DNA of 64,000 nt from Candidatus Aminicenantes bacterium (GTDB taxonomy: Bacteria; Acidobacteriota; Aminicenantia; Aminicenantales; JAFGBC01), in the NCBI GenBank assembly GCA_963702005.1, contig OY969696.1:1120001-1184000 (forward strand), in the 5' to 3' direction. The notes below the pieces were generated by a model, which was not told where the DNA came from, searched no databases, and worked only from the letters and a program-made list of their open reading frames with translations. How positions within the stretch are numbered: the first letter of the stretch is position 1; every line of letters starts with the position of its first letter. Positions 17,254-27,109 of this stretch are shown here, piece by piece. The position numbers and the translations under genes are program-made.

Positions 17254-19432
17254 AGAGCCGGCGACAGGCGCCCGCGAACTCGGCGTCGTACTTGACGCCG
17301 GCGTGGCCGGCGATTTCGGCAAGGGCTTGGTCGAGGCTGTGGGCCGGCCGGTAAGGCCGGTGGGCGGTCATGGCCTCGACGACATCGGCGATCATGAGGA
17401 TGCGCGCCTCCGGGATAATGGCTTCCCCCCTCAGGCCGCTCGGATAGCCGGATCCGTCCAGCCGCTCATGGTGCTGATGGACGATGCGGTCCACCGGCCA
17501 GGGGAACTCGATGGCCTTGAGGATCTCGTAGCCGACCTGGGGGTGAATCCGGATGAGCATGAGCTCGGACTCGGTCAGGGCGGCCGTCTTGCACAGAATC
17601 TCGGCCGGGACCGAAATCTTTCCGAGATCGTGGATGGACCCGGCGATCCGGATCCCTTCGACCTTGTCGGGCGGAAAGCCCGCTTCGGCGGCGATAGCCG
17701 AGGCCAGGACGGCCACCCTCCGCTGGTGGCCGGCCGTGTAAGGATCCCGGACTTCGATCATGGCGATCATGGCCTGGATGGAGGCGTTGAGGGCCTTGTT
17801 GAGCTTATCGACACTGTTGCGGAGGGCTTCCTCGGCCCTCCAGAGTTCGCTGATGTCCTGGACCGTTCCCAGGGAACGGAAGGGACGGCCCTGGGCATCA
17901 CAGTAGGTGCGGCTCCTCTCCTGGACGACGCGGATCGTCCCGTCCGGGCGAACGATCCGATGGGTCGTTTGGTAGGACTTACGGTCCGCCGCGGACCCCT
18001 CGAAGGCGAGGCGCACGGCTTCCCGGTCCTCGGGATGGACGATCTCGAGGAAAGCCTCCCGCGTCGGGGAGAAGGCCTTGGGGGAGCGGCCGAAGATCCG
18101 GTAGACTTCTTCGGACCAGATCAGATAGCCCGTCCCGTGATCGATCTCCCAGTGGCCGATGTGGGCGACCTCCTGGGCTTCTTTGAGAAGGGCCTCGCTC
18201 CTCCGCAGGGCTTCGTCGGCGCGTTTGCGGTCCGTGATGTCGCGGGCGATCGAGACGACGCCCAGGATCTGGCCGTTGACGATGAGGGGAGCCCCGCTGG
18301 TCTCGCCGTAGCGGCGGGATCCGTCTTTGGCGATAAAGACGTATTCGACGGTGACTACTTCGCCGGACAAGACCCTCCGGGCGTGGGCGACGGCCGAGGC
18401 TAAGGATTCCGGGGCGAGAATGGCGGCCTCCGCGAACGTCTTGCCGACGAGCTCCTCGGGCCGATATCCAAGGACCTTCTCGACCGAAGGGGAGACGCTC
18501 AGGATCCGGAAATGGGCGTCGTAAGAAAAGATGACATCGATCGCGTTCTCGAAATTGAGGCGGTACATCGACTCGCTCGCCCGGAGAGCTTCCTCAACCC
18601 TTTTCCGTTCGGTGATGTCCATGGATACGGTCGCGAACCTGTCCGGAGCGGGGGAAAAAACGGAAATGCTGAAATGCTTCTGGAGCGGGGCGAAATAAGC
18701 CTCGAACTGTTCGGGGAGGCCCGTTCGGGCCACCCGGGCATAGGTTTCGAGGTAGGGGGGAACGCCCGATCCGTAGAGCCGGGAGGCCAGCGTTGCCGGG
18801 GCGTGGGGGCGAGGGATCCCCGTCGCCGCCGTAAAGGCGGGGTTGCAGTCGAGGATCCGGTAGTCGACGGGCCGGCCGTCCGGATCGTAGACCAGCTCGT
18901 GGAGGGCGACGAGCTCGCGCATGTTATCGAATAGGGCACGGAACTTCTCTTCGCTCTCCTTGAGGGCGTCTTCGGCGCGGCGGCGCGCGGTCACGTCGCG
19001 GAAGCTCCAGACGCGGCCCACGGTCTTGTCTCCGATGACCTGCGGCTTGGAATACCTTTCGAATACCCGGCCGTCCTTGAATTCGAGGACGTCGAAGCTT
19101 TCGGCCGAGGGCGACGCGTATAGCTCCCGGACCTTAGCCAGAAATTGTTCCGGGTCCCGAAGCTGGTCCAGGACGAACGACAAGGCCCGTTCGTCGCTGC
19201 GGCTGGCGGCGATGGAGTCGGGGATCCTCCACAGCTCCAGGAACTTTATGTTGTATTTCGTGATCCGTCCTTGGCCGTCGACGACGAGTATGCCGTCCGC
19301 CGTCGAGTCGAGGGTGGCCTCTAAAAGAGAGACGGTCTCTCGGATTTCCTCCGCCTCCGGGACCGAAGCGGGATTCGGCGTGGAGTCTTCCACGAGCGCG
19401 CGCTCCCTTTTCTTTTTTTGAGGGTGGATCAT
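17228..19432 (-). CDS. multi-PAS HD-GYP c-di-GMP phosphodiesterase
   Basis: four PAS domains; [27 protein letters not shown]. Confidence 0.92.
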   Translation of the reverse strand: MIHPQKKKRERALVEDSTPNPASVPEAEEIRETVSLLEATLDSTADGILVVDGQGRITKYNIKFLELWRIPDSIAASRSDERALSFVLDQLRDPEQFLAKVRELYASPSAESFDVLEFKDGRVFERYSKPQVIGDKTVGRVWSFRDVTARRRAEDALKESEEKFRALFDNMRELVALHELVYDPDGRPVDYRILDCNPAFTAATGIPRPHAPATLASRLYGSGVPPYLETYARVARTGLPEQFEAYFAPLQKHFSISVFSPAPDRFATVSMDITERKRVEEALRASESMYRLNFENAIDVIFSYDAHFRILSVSPSVEKVLGYRPEELVGKTFAEAAILAPESLASAVAHARRVLSGEVVTVEYVFIAKDGSRRYGETSGAPLIVNGQILGVVSIARDITDRKRADEALRRSEALLKEAQEVAHIGHWEIDHGTGYLIWSEEVYRIFGRSPKAFSPTREAFLEIVHPEDREAVRLAFEGSAADRKSYQTTHRIVRPDGTIRVVQERSRTYCDAQGRPFRSLGTVQDISELWRAEEALRNSVDKLNKALNASIQAMIAMIEVRDPYTAGHQRRVAVLASAIAAEAGFPPDKVEGIRIAGSIHDLGKISVPAEILCKTAALTESELMLIRIHPQVGYEILKAIEFPWPVDRIVHQHHERLDGSGYPSGLRGEAIIPEARILMIADVVEAMTAHRPYRPAHSLDQALAEIAGHAGVKYDAEFAGACRRLFTEKGFSF

Positions 19433-19539
19433 CTTTTCTTAAGCTCAAGAATACTCGCCTCCCTCAAGGCTTGTCAATCGAAAGGGGTATTTCATTCGAG
19501 TCCCGACCGAAGACGGGTTGAGCATCCGGCCGACGAATT

Positions 19540-20874
19540 TCATGGGGTCCAAGACCCGATGACTCTGTTCCGTCCCTCCTTCTTGGCCCGGTAGAGGGCG
19601 TCGTCGGCCCGCTTGATGATGGCGTCGATATTCGGGTCGGAGGCGCTCATGGCCGCGACCCCGATGCTGACGGTCAGGGGGATGCCGTCCGGAGTTCCCT
19701 GGATCCGGATGCCTTTCCCGACGGCGGTCCGGATCCGTTCGGCCAGGTCGACCAGAGAGGCGAGCGGAGTCTCGGTGACGACGATCAAGAATTCTTCGCC
19801 GCCGTAGCGGCCGACGATGTCGTACTTCCGAACCTCGGCCGCCAGGGTCGCGCCGACCTGGCGGAGAACCCGATCTCCGGCCGGATGTCCGAACCGGTCG
19901 TTGACGGACTTGAAATGATCGAGGTCGAGGATCAAACATCCCAAAGGCCTGCCTTGGCGCTTGGCCCGCTGGAATTCCTCGGCGAAACGGTCCAGGAGAT
20001 GCCCTCGATTCCAGATGCCGGTCAGGATGTCCATCCGGGCCATGATCTGGAGCTGGCGGCGGGCTTCGTCGAGCCCCCGCTTGAGGCGGAGGACATAGAC
20101 GGTGATCATCCCGAACAGGAGGAAGCTGGTGAGGACGGCCACGATGGCGATCCCGATGATATTGTGCGTCAGCTTCTCCTGGACGCTTCCGAACTCAAAG
20201 CCGACGCTGATCCCGCCCCGGATGTCTCCCGTTTTGTATCCCTGCTTGGCGTGGCAGGCCAGACAGGATTTCTCTACGTGAAGGGGAGCCATGTATCGGT
20301 AGAAAAGCTTGTTGCCGTCCCGATAATCATCGAACGCCTCCAGGACGCCCGTCTCGAACAGACGGAGCGCCTTCGCCTCCCAGTCGCTCGGTTGGTTATC
20401 CGGGTTGAGAGGGTTGAGGCTCGTCAGGTGGAACTTGAAGAGGCCCTCGCTCGCCGCGACTTGGGAAATTTCCCGGGTCATGATCTCGGGCGTCCGATTG
20501 GTGAGGATCCGGCCGTCTTGGGCGAGGAGGTCGGGGTTATCCAGGAAGGGGCTCGATTGGACGCCTTCCGTCTTCACCACATAAACGCCGCCGTAGCGGG
20601 CATTCCATTTACGGACGAGGACGATGGAATTGAAATGGGACCGGGCCCGGGCTAAAAGCTCTTCGCGGATGAGGGCCCGCCCCTGGTAGGCGATCCCGAC
20701 GAAGATGGCGGCCAAGGAAAGCCCGAGGGTGGCGGCGACGGAGATGACGAAGCCCCGGTAGAAACGCGTTTCCTTGTTCCCGGGCGAAGCGACGCCCGCG
20801 ATCGGAGCGATGAGTCCTCTCGCTTCGAGGTCAAGTCCTTCTTTGGGGACCTGCCGAGAGCGGTTCCGTATCAT
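19540..20874 (-). CDS. membrane diguanylate cyclase with periplasmic DUF3365 (CxxCH heme-binding) sensor
   Basis: TM, then SLNPLNPDN…CLACH…GDIRGGISV, TM, DLDHFKSVND, RYGGEEF; start moved to ATG 20874. Confidence 0.88.
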   Translation of the reverse strand: MIRNRSRQVPKEGLDLEARGLIAPIAGVASPGNKETRFYRGFVISVAATLGLSLAAIFVGIAYQGRALIREELLARARSHFNSIVLVRKWNARYGGVYVVKTEGVQSSPFLDNPDLLAQDGRILTNRTPEIMTREISQVAASEGLFKFHLTSLNPLNPDNQPSDWEAKALRLFETGVLEAFDDYRDGNKLFYRYMAPLHVEKSCLACHAKQGYKTGDIRGGISVGFEFGSVQEKLTHNIIGIAIVAVLTSFLLFGMITVYVLRLKRGLDEARRQLQIMARMDILTGIWNRGHLLDRFAEEFQRAKRQGRPLGCLILDLDHFKSVNDRFGHPAGDRVLRQVGATLAAEVRKYDIVGRYGGEEFLIVVTETPLASLVDLAERIRTAVGKGIRIQGTPDGIPLTVSIGVAAMSASDPNIDAIIKRADDALYRAKKEGRNRVIGSWTP

Positions 20875-20938
20875 GATCCTCTTTTCTTGCCCCCATTCTA
20901 ATGCGATACCGTCCCTTGTTGCAAGAGGGGGATAAAGG

Positions 20939-20968
20939 TTGACGGGCGTCCTCGGCCGGCGATATAGT
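20939..20968 (+). promoter_or_regulatory. putative sigma70 promoter immediately before the helicase gene
   Basis: TTGACG-18 bp-TATAGT; in-frame GTG 6 nt downstream at 20975. Confidence 0.5.
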
Positions 20969-20974
20969 TTGGGC

Positions 20975-23900
20975 GTGCCTTCCAGGACGATCAAACCGGC
21001 GCCCGGGGGGACAGGCCGGGCTCCCCGCGTCCTGACCCCGGAAAAGGCCCTGCGCTTTCCCGAATTCGTCCTCCTCAAGGCGTCCGCGGGGTCGGGCAAG
21101 ACCCACGCCCTTTCCCTCCGCTTCGTTCAACTCCTCCTCGCGGACCGGGTCCGTACCCTCGCCCCGGCCGACCTGCGGAACATCCTGGCCATCACGTTCA
21201 CCCGGAACGCGGCCCGGGAAATGAAGGACCGGATCTTGGACTGGCTCAAACAATGCTACAGGGGCGACCGGGCCAAGAGCGAGGAAGTCCTGGACATCGT
21301 CTCCCTGGGCCGGGACGAGCTCCCCGGCCGGGCCGAGCGGACGATCGCGGCCATCTTGTCCCGGTACACGGACTTTCAGGTCGAGACGATCGACAGTTTC
21401 ATGGCCGCCGTCTTCAAAGCCTCGGCCGTCGACCTCGGCTATTCGCCGGACTTCGAGATCGTCCTCGACCCCTCGGAGCTCGTTGAATACGCTTTCTACC
21501 GCTACTTGCGGCGGGTCTCCGGCCGGAGCGGGGAGGGCGCCGTTTTTCGGGTCCTGCTCGAGGACATCCTCGCCAACCTGCCCCAAGACGCGGCCTTCAG
21601 TTGGGATCCGACCGAACTCGTCCTGAAAAAGCTGGTCGGGCTCCATGGGGCCCTGGCGGCCCGCCCCGAGGAGCTCATCGTCGAGGACAACCGGGAAGGG
21701 CGCTCCCGGCTTCAGGGGGCGATCGCGGGCGCGGCCGATGATCTCGCGGGGCGCATCGCGGATTCGGGCCTGGAACCGAACCCGAGGAGTCAGTGGCGAA
21801 CCCGGATCGAACCGGCCGTCCGCAAGGCCAGGTTCGCGGACCTCGTCGGCGCGAGCTTCAAGACGCTTCCCGTCAAGACGGCCCGGGGCGGCGGCGCTGC
21901 CGGCGCCGGCGAAGCGGTCGAGAGGTCCTGGCGTCGTCTCGAGGGCCTCGTCAATGAATATAAATTCCTGTTCGCGCGGGACTTCTTCCATCCCTATCTC
22001 ACCGCCTACCGGGCCTTCGCCGGCAGCCTGGACCGCGTCAAGCGGGAGCGCGGCACCGTCTTCCTCGATGACATCAACAAGCAGCTCGCCGGCTACATCG
22101 ACCGGGGTATCGTCCCCGACATCTATTTCCGGCTGGGGGACCGGATCGCCCATTTCCTCATCGACGAATTCCAGGACACCTCGCCCGTCCAGTGGCTGAA
22201 CCTGCGGCCGCTCGTCGAGAATTCCCTGGCCCAGAACGGAAGCTTGTTCATCGTCGGCGACACCAAACAGGCCATCTACGGATTCAGGGACGCCGATTAC
22301 CGGATCATGAGATGGCTCGAAGCCGGCCAAGACTCGTTCCCTTCGGTCGAGGTCGAGGTCCGGGAGCTCGCTCAAAGCCGGCGCTGCCACGAGGCCGTCC
22401 TGGACTTCGTGAAAGGGATTTTTTTGGATAAGGCCTCGCGCCACGAGAACTACGCCGGGATCGCGAGCCTCAGCGGCCTGACCGATTTTCGGCAGGAGGT
22501 TCTCGATCGCGACCGGAGGTCGGGTCACGTCGAGTACATCGTCCTCGAAAAATCCGCCTCCGGCGACGAAGCGGAGGACGAAGACGCCGGCGGGGCGGTC
22601 CGGCCGGGCGGCGGGCGGCCCGACATCGGGGAGTTTCCGGAGCGATTCGAGATTCAGGACAGGGTCCGCGACCTCAGGGCGCGCGGCTACGCTTACGCCG
22701 ATATCGCCATCCTGACTTACAAGAACGACAACGTCGTCCGGGTCGCCTCCTGGCTCAACGAGGTCGGCATCCCCTTCATCCCTTTCAGCAGTCTCGACAT
22801 CCGCAAGCGGGGGGTCATCCAGGAGGTCTTGAGCCTCCTTCTGTTCCTGGATTCCCCTCCCGACGATTTGTCCTTCGCTTCGTTCCTCCTGGGCCGGGTC
22901 CTGGCCGCCAAGACGGTTCGGGACGGGCCGGCCTTCGAGCCCGGACACTGGCACCGGTTCCTGTTCGCCTGCCGCCGGGCGAAGGAATCGCCGCTCTATG
23001 TCGCGTTCCGGAAACGGTATCCGGACCTATGGGACAAGGCCTTCGAGCGGCTCTTCAAGTCCGTCGGCTACTATCCTCTCTACGACCTGGTGACGCTGGC
23101 TTTTCGGGTCTTCGACGTCTTCGCCCTCTTCCCCGAGGAGGAAGCCGCCCTGGTCAAGCTCCTCGAGGCCATCAAGGATTTCGAAGGGAAGGGCCGAAAC
23201 GACCTGCGCGAGTTTCTCGCCTACGCCGGCCAGGGCGAAGGGGACGCCTCGGCCTGGACGATCGACGTCCCCTCCGAGATCGACGCCGTCAAGGTCATGA
23301 GCATCCACAAGGCCAAGGGGCTGGGGTTTCCGGCCGTCATCCTGCTCCTCTACGGCGAGCGGTTCATGCCGCCCGAGTTTTTCCTGGGGCGCGAGAGAGA
23401 CGGCGTCCGGGTCTACAAGATCAACAAGGACCTGGCCCTGGCCGACGAGCGGTTGAAGGGGATCTACGAAGAGGCGAAGACCAGGGAAAGCGTCAACCGC
23501 CTCAACACCCTCTATGTGGCCTTAACCCGGGCGCGGTCGGAGCTTCACGTCATCGGAGTCAAGGGGCGGACGGCGGGTTATCCGTTCGACCTCCTCGGGA
23601 CGGAGGGATTCGCGTCCTCGGGCTCCCGGCCGCCGGCCCCGAAAGCCGTGCCCCGGCCGGAGCCGCCCGCGGCGGAGACGCTCCGCTTCAACGAAGCCCC
23701 GGAGCCGACGGCGCGGCCGAGCGATGAGCCCGGCTGGGGACGGGGCGTCCGCAGAGGAGAGCTCATCCACGAGATCCTGGCCGGGCTCGAATTCCTGAAG
23801 GGCGGCTGGGAGGCGGACATCGGGAGGATCATCGAAGGGCTTCCTCTCGCCGCGCCGGACCGCCCCACGGCCGAAGAGGCCGGCCGGGTCCTTGTCCGCT

Positions 23901-24214
23901 ATTTCGGCGCCTTCCCGCGGCAGGAGCTGTTCACCGCCAAGGAAGGCCGGCGCGTCCTGCGGGAGTTCACCGTCTGCGACGCGGCCGGACGCGCCTTCCG
24001 GGTGGACCGGATCGTCCTTGACGGGGAACGGGCCACCGTCATCGATTTCAAGTCGGGGGACGAGGCCGACCCTTCCCGCCATGCCGAAAAAAAGCGGGCC
24101 GACCGGGATCAAGTCCGCGCCTACCAAAAGCTCGTCGAAGGGGCGATGCCGGGAACCAAGGCGACCGGTCTGCTGGCCTACATCGATCAAGGAGCTTGGG
24201 AGGACGTCGAGTGA
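20975..24214 (+). CDS. addA: UvrD/AddA-type helicase-nuclease
   Basis: KASAGSGKT, AITFT, IDEFQDTS, VGDTKQAIYGFR, MSIHKAKGLGF, LYVALTRA, C-terminal VD…IDFKSG…QV.AY nuclease; start uncertain. Confidence 0.88.
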   Translation: MPSRTIKPAPGGTGRAPRVLTPEKALRFPEFVLLKASAGSGKTHALSLRFVQLLLADRVRTLAPADLRNILAITFTRNAAREMKDRILDWLKQCYRGDRAKSEEVLDIVSLGRDELPGRAERTIAAILSRYTDFQVETIDSFMAAVFKASAVDLGYSPDFEIVLDPSELVEYAFYRYLRRVSGRSGEGAVFRVLLEDILANLPQDAAFSWDPTELVLKKLVGLHGALAARPEELIVEDNREGRSRLQGAIAGAADDLAGRIADSGLEPNPRSQWRTRIEPAVRKARFADLVGASFKTLPVKTARGGGAAGAGEAVERSWRRLEGLVNEYKFLFARDFFHPYLTAYRAFAGSLDRVKRERGTVFLDDINKQLAGYIDRGIVPDIYFRLGDRIAHFLIDEFQDTSPVQWLNLRPLVENSLAQNGSLFIVGDTKQAIYGFRDADYRIMRWLEAGQDSFPSVEVEVRELAQSRRCHEAVLDFVKGIFLDKASRHENYAGIASLSGLTDFRQEVLDRDRRSGHVEYIVLEKSASGDEAEDEDAGGAVRPGGGRPDIGEFPERFEIQDRVRDLRARGYAYADIAILTYKNDNVVRVASWLNEVGIPFIPFSSLDIRKRGVIQEVLSLLLFLDSPPDDLSFASFLLGRVLAAKTVRDGPAFEPGHWHRFLFACRRAKESPLYVAFRKRYPDLWDKAFERLFKSVGYYPLYDLVTLAFRVFDVFALFPEEEAALVKLLEAIKDFEGKGRNDLREFLAYAGQGEGDASAWTIDVPSEIDAVKVMSIHKAKGLGFPAVILLLYGERFMPPEFFLGRERDGVRVYKINKDLALADERLKGIYEEAKTRESVNRLNTLYVALTRARSELHVIGVKGRTAGYPFDLLGTEGFASSGSRPPAPKAVPRPEPPAAETLRFNEAPEPTARPSDEPGWGRGVRRGELIHEILAGLEFLKGGWEADIGRIIEGLPLAAPDRPTAEEAGRVLVRYFGAFPRQELFTAKEGRRVLREFTVCDAAGRAFRVDRIVLDGERATVIDFKSGDEADPSRHAEKKRADRDQVRAYQKLVEGAMPGTKATGLLAYIDQGAWEDVE

Positions 24215-27090
24215 AGGTCGAGATCCTCCCGCCCAAGGACGACCTTATCGCCATCCTGGCCGCCCGGCTGCGTCCGGAGGGCAAGGACTACTCCCGGAGC
24301 TGGGTCGTCTTTCCCGAGAAGCGGCCGGCCTTCTACCTTCGTAAGGCCCTGGCCGTGAGGGAGGGGACGGCGTTCGTCCCGCCCCGTATCTTTTCCATCG
24401 ACGGCTTCGTCGACGCCGTCTACGCGGAGAAGCTGGGCGTCCGCGACCGGCCGCTCGGCATCCTGGACGCGGTGGCTCTCCTCTTCGACATCCACCGGGC
24501 CGCTCCCGGCCGGCTGGGCGGGGCCCATTTCCTGTCGCCCGACGCTTTTTTTCCTCTCGGCGTCAAGCTCTTCAATGACCTGGAGGAGCTCCGGATGGCG
24601 GCCGTCCGGCCGGAGGACCTGCTCGGTCTCGACCGCTGGACCGAGGAAACCATCCCCCCCGAGACGCTGGGCCGGCTCCAGTCCCTGTCGTTCTTCTACG
24701 AACGGTTCTATGCGACGCTCAAGGACGCCGGGTTCTCGACCCAGGCTTCCCGCTTCCGGGAAGTCGCCGACGGGCTCGAGCCCGGGCTATTTCCCGATCT
24801 GGACCGCTTCCTCCTCGCCGGATTCTTTTCTCTGACCAAGACGGAGGCGGAGATCCTCAGGGAGCTCCTGGAATGGGACGAGGTTTCGCTTTTCCTCCTC
24901 AAGGGCGCGGGGCTCGAAACTCTCCTCGACACCCTCGGCGTTCGCGACCCCGCCCTTCGCGAAGGCTCGGCCGAACCGGAGGTCGTTCCTCCGGTCTCGT
25001 TCTCCCGGAGTCCGGACGGTCACGGCCAGATCTTCGCCCTCAACAGGGCCCTGGAGGAGACCCTCAAGGACCGCCGCCGCCTTAACGAGCGGCAGGTCAT
25101 CGTCCTCCCGGCCGCCGAGACGCTCTTTCCGCTCCACCAGCAGACGCTGGCCGGGCTGTCCGAGGAGGATTACAACATCTCGCTCGGCTATCCCCTGAGC
25201 CGGACGCCCGTTTACGGCTTCTTCAATACGCTCATGGAGCTCGTCCAGTCCGTCGATGAGGAGGGGCGGGTCTATGTTCCGAACTACCTCCGCTTCATCC
25301 TCCATCCCTACACGAAAAATATTTTCGGCCCCGGCGGAGACCGGCGGTCCGACTTGACCCGGATCCTCTTCCACGCCGTCGAGGAGGAGCTCGTCGCGAG
25401 GAGGACGAAGGTCTTCTGGTCGCTCGAGGAGCTCGAGACCGATCCCGGGATCCGGGCCGGCCTCGAGGCCCGGGTCCGGCGCCTCGAGGGCGCTCCCGAC
25501 GTCGCCGAGCTCCTCGACCATTACAGGGCCGTTCACGACCGCACGATCGGGCCGCTCCGCGACATCCGGGACGTGGCCGATTTCGTCGCCAAGCTGGATC
25601 GCGTCCTCGAGTACATCACCCTTCAAGGCACGGCCCGGCTCCATCCCTTTTTTCATCCCTATAGCGAAGCGCTCAAGGGCCAGCTCGACGCGATGGCCGG
25701 CTCTCTTCTCGGCGACGTCTCGTTCCAGGACAAGGCGAGCTATTTCAACCTGTTCCGCAAGGTCGTCGCGGCCGCCGCGGTCCCCTTCGTCGGGACCCCC
25801 CTGCGGGGACTCCAGGTCCTCGGATTTTGGGAGACCCGCTGCATCCGCTTCGACGAAATCTTCGTGTTGGACATGAACGAGGAAATCATCCCCCCTTACC
25901 GGCGCGGGGACTCGCTCCTTCCCTTCGGGGCCCGCCGGGCGCTGGGGCTGCCGACCTACCTGGACCACGAGCGCCGGATGGAGTACTACCTCGACACGCT
26001 CGTCAAGGGCGGCCGGAAGGTCCATTTCTTCTTCGTCGAGAACAGCGAAAAGGAGCGGAGCCGGTTCGTCGAGAAGCTTATCTGGGACCGGCAGAGGCGG
26101 GAGGGCGGGGCCGAGGAGCCGGTTCGAACCGTCCGTTACCGGGTGGCTCTTCAGTCGGAACGGCCGGCGCCGGTTCCCAAATCGGCGGCCATGGCGGAGT
26201 TCCTGGGCGAATTCAGATTCTCGGCGACCGCCCTGGATGCCTATCTCGCCTGCCCGCTCCGGTTCTACTACGCCTACGTCCTGAAGCTCGAGGAGAGGGA
26301 AGAGGTCACGGAGCGGATGGAGGGGAAAGACGTCGGGAGCCTCGTTCACTCCATCCTGGAAGAGTACTTCAGCCGGTTCGTGGGCAGGACCGTCCGGGCC
26401 GCCGAGTTCAAGACCGAGGACCTCGACGCCCTCATCGAACGCCGATTCCGGGGCCTTTACGGGCCGGACCCGGCCGGCAGCGCCTTCCTGATGAGCCTTC
26501 AGGTCCGGCGGCACCTGGCCGAATTTTTAGCGGAGTATCAGATTCCGAGAGTCCTCGACCTCGAGGGACGGGGGCAGACCCTGCGAATCCTCGGCCTCGA
26601 GCAGAAACTCGAAGCCGAGAAAGACGTCCGCGGCCGGAGCTTTCGCCTGGCCGCGAAAGTCGACCGCTCCGAAATGCGCGGCGACGTCCTGACCATCCTG
26701 GATTACAAGACGACGGCGACCACGGCCTTCCTGAATATTCGCTTCGACCGGCTGGACCCGCGCGCCCGGCCGACCTGGCCCGAGGCCGTCGCCAGCCTTC
26801 AGCTTCCCTTCTACACGCTGGTCTATGCCCAAAACCGCCGTGTGCCGGCCGCCGACGTTCACGGGCTGTTCCTGATGCTGGGAAAGACCCGCCTCGGCCC
26901 TCGGATTGAATTTTCCCCGTTTGATGAAGAAGACCGGGACGCGCGCCAAGGCCAGATGGGCGCCGTGGAAGCCGTCCTCGACGGCCTTCTGGCCGAGATC
27001 GCCGACCCGGCCGCCGCCTTCGATCCCGCCCTCGCCCGCAAAAACGCCTGCGAGCGCTGCGCCTACGCGGCGATCTGCGGGCGGATGTGA
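24211..27090 (+). CDS. addB: AddB-like PD-(D/E)XK nuclease with Fe-S staple
   Basis: GTGA overlap with the helicase stop; FSATALDAYLACP, KVDR…ILDYKT, LQLPFY, CERCAYAAIC. Confidence 0.82.
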   Translation: MKVEILPPKDDLIAILAARLRPEGKDYSRSWVVFPEKRPAFYLRKALAVREGTAFVPPRIFSIDGFVDAVYAEKLGVRDRPLGILDAVALLFDIHRAAPGRLGGAHFLSPDAFFPLGVKLFNDLEELRMAAVRPEDLLGLDRWTEETIPPETLGRLQSLSFFYERFYATLKDAGFSTQASRFREVADGLEPGLFPDLDRFLLAGFFSLTKTEAEILRELLEWDEVSLFLLKGAGLETLLDTLGVRDPALREGSAEPEVVPPVSFSRSPDGHGQIFALNRALEETLKDRRRLNERQVIVLPAAETLFPLHQQTLAGLSEEDYNISLGYPLSRTPVYGFFNTLMELVQSVDEEGRVYVPNYLRFILHPYTKNIFGPGGDRRSDLTRILFHAVEEELVARRTKVFWSLEELETDPGIRAGLEARVRRLEGAPDVAELLDHYRAVHDRTIGPLRDIRDVADFVAKLDRVLEYITLQGTARLHPFFHPYSEALKGQLDAMAGSLLGDVSFQDKASYFNLFRKVVAAAAVPFVGTPLRGLQVLGFWETRCIRFDEIFVLDMNEEIIPPYRRGDSLLPFGARRALGLPTYLDHERRMEYYLDTLVKGGRKVHFFFVENSEKERSRFVEKLIWDRQRREGGAEEPVRTVRYRVALQSERPAPVPKSAAMAEFLGEFRFSATALDAYLACPLRFYYAYVLKLEEREEVTERMEGKDVGSLVHSILEEYFSRFVGRTVRAAEFKTEDLDALIERRFRGLYGPDPAGSAFLMSLQVRRHLAEFLAEYQIPRVLDLEGRGQTLRILGLEQKLEAEKDVRGRSFRLAAKVDRSEMRGDVLTILDYKTTATTAFLNIRFDRLDPRARPTWPEAVASLQLPFYTLVYAQNRRVPAADVHGLFLMLGKTRLGPRIEFSPFDEEDRDARQGQMGAVEAVLDGLLAEIADPAAAFDPALARKNACERCAYAAICGRM

Positions 27091-27109
27091 TCCGGGAGCG
27101 GAACCGTCC

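Noticed and set aside
20831-22954. Long antisense ORFs (e.g. 20831..22954, 7132..9084, 49943..51862, 60285..62408)
   Set aside because: Shadow ORFs opposite well-supported genes in high-GC DNA; no recognisable motifs.
20975-27090. Cas4-type or anti-phage helicase-nuclease system
   Set aside because: Domain content fits housekeeping AddAB; host-like composition and no defence-island context.
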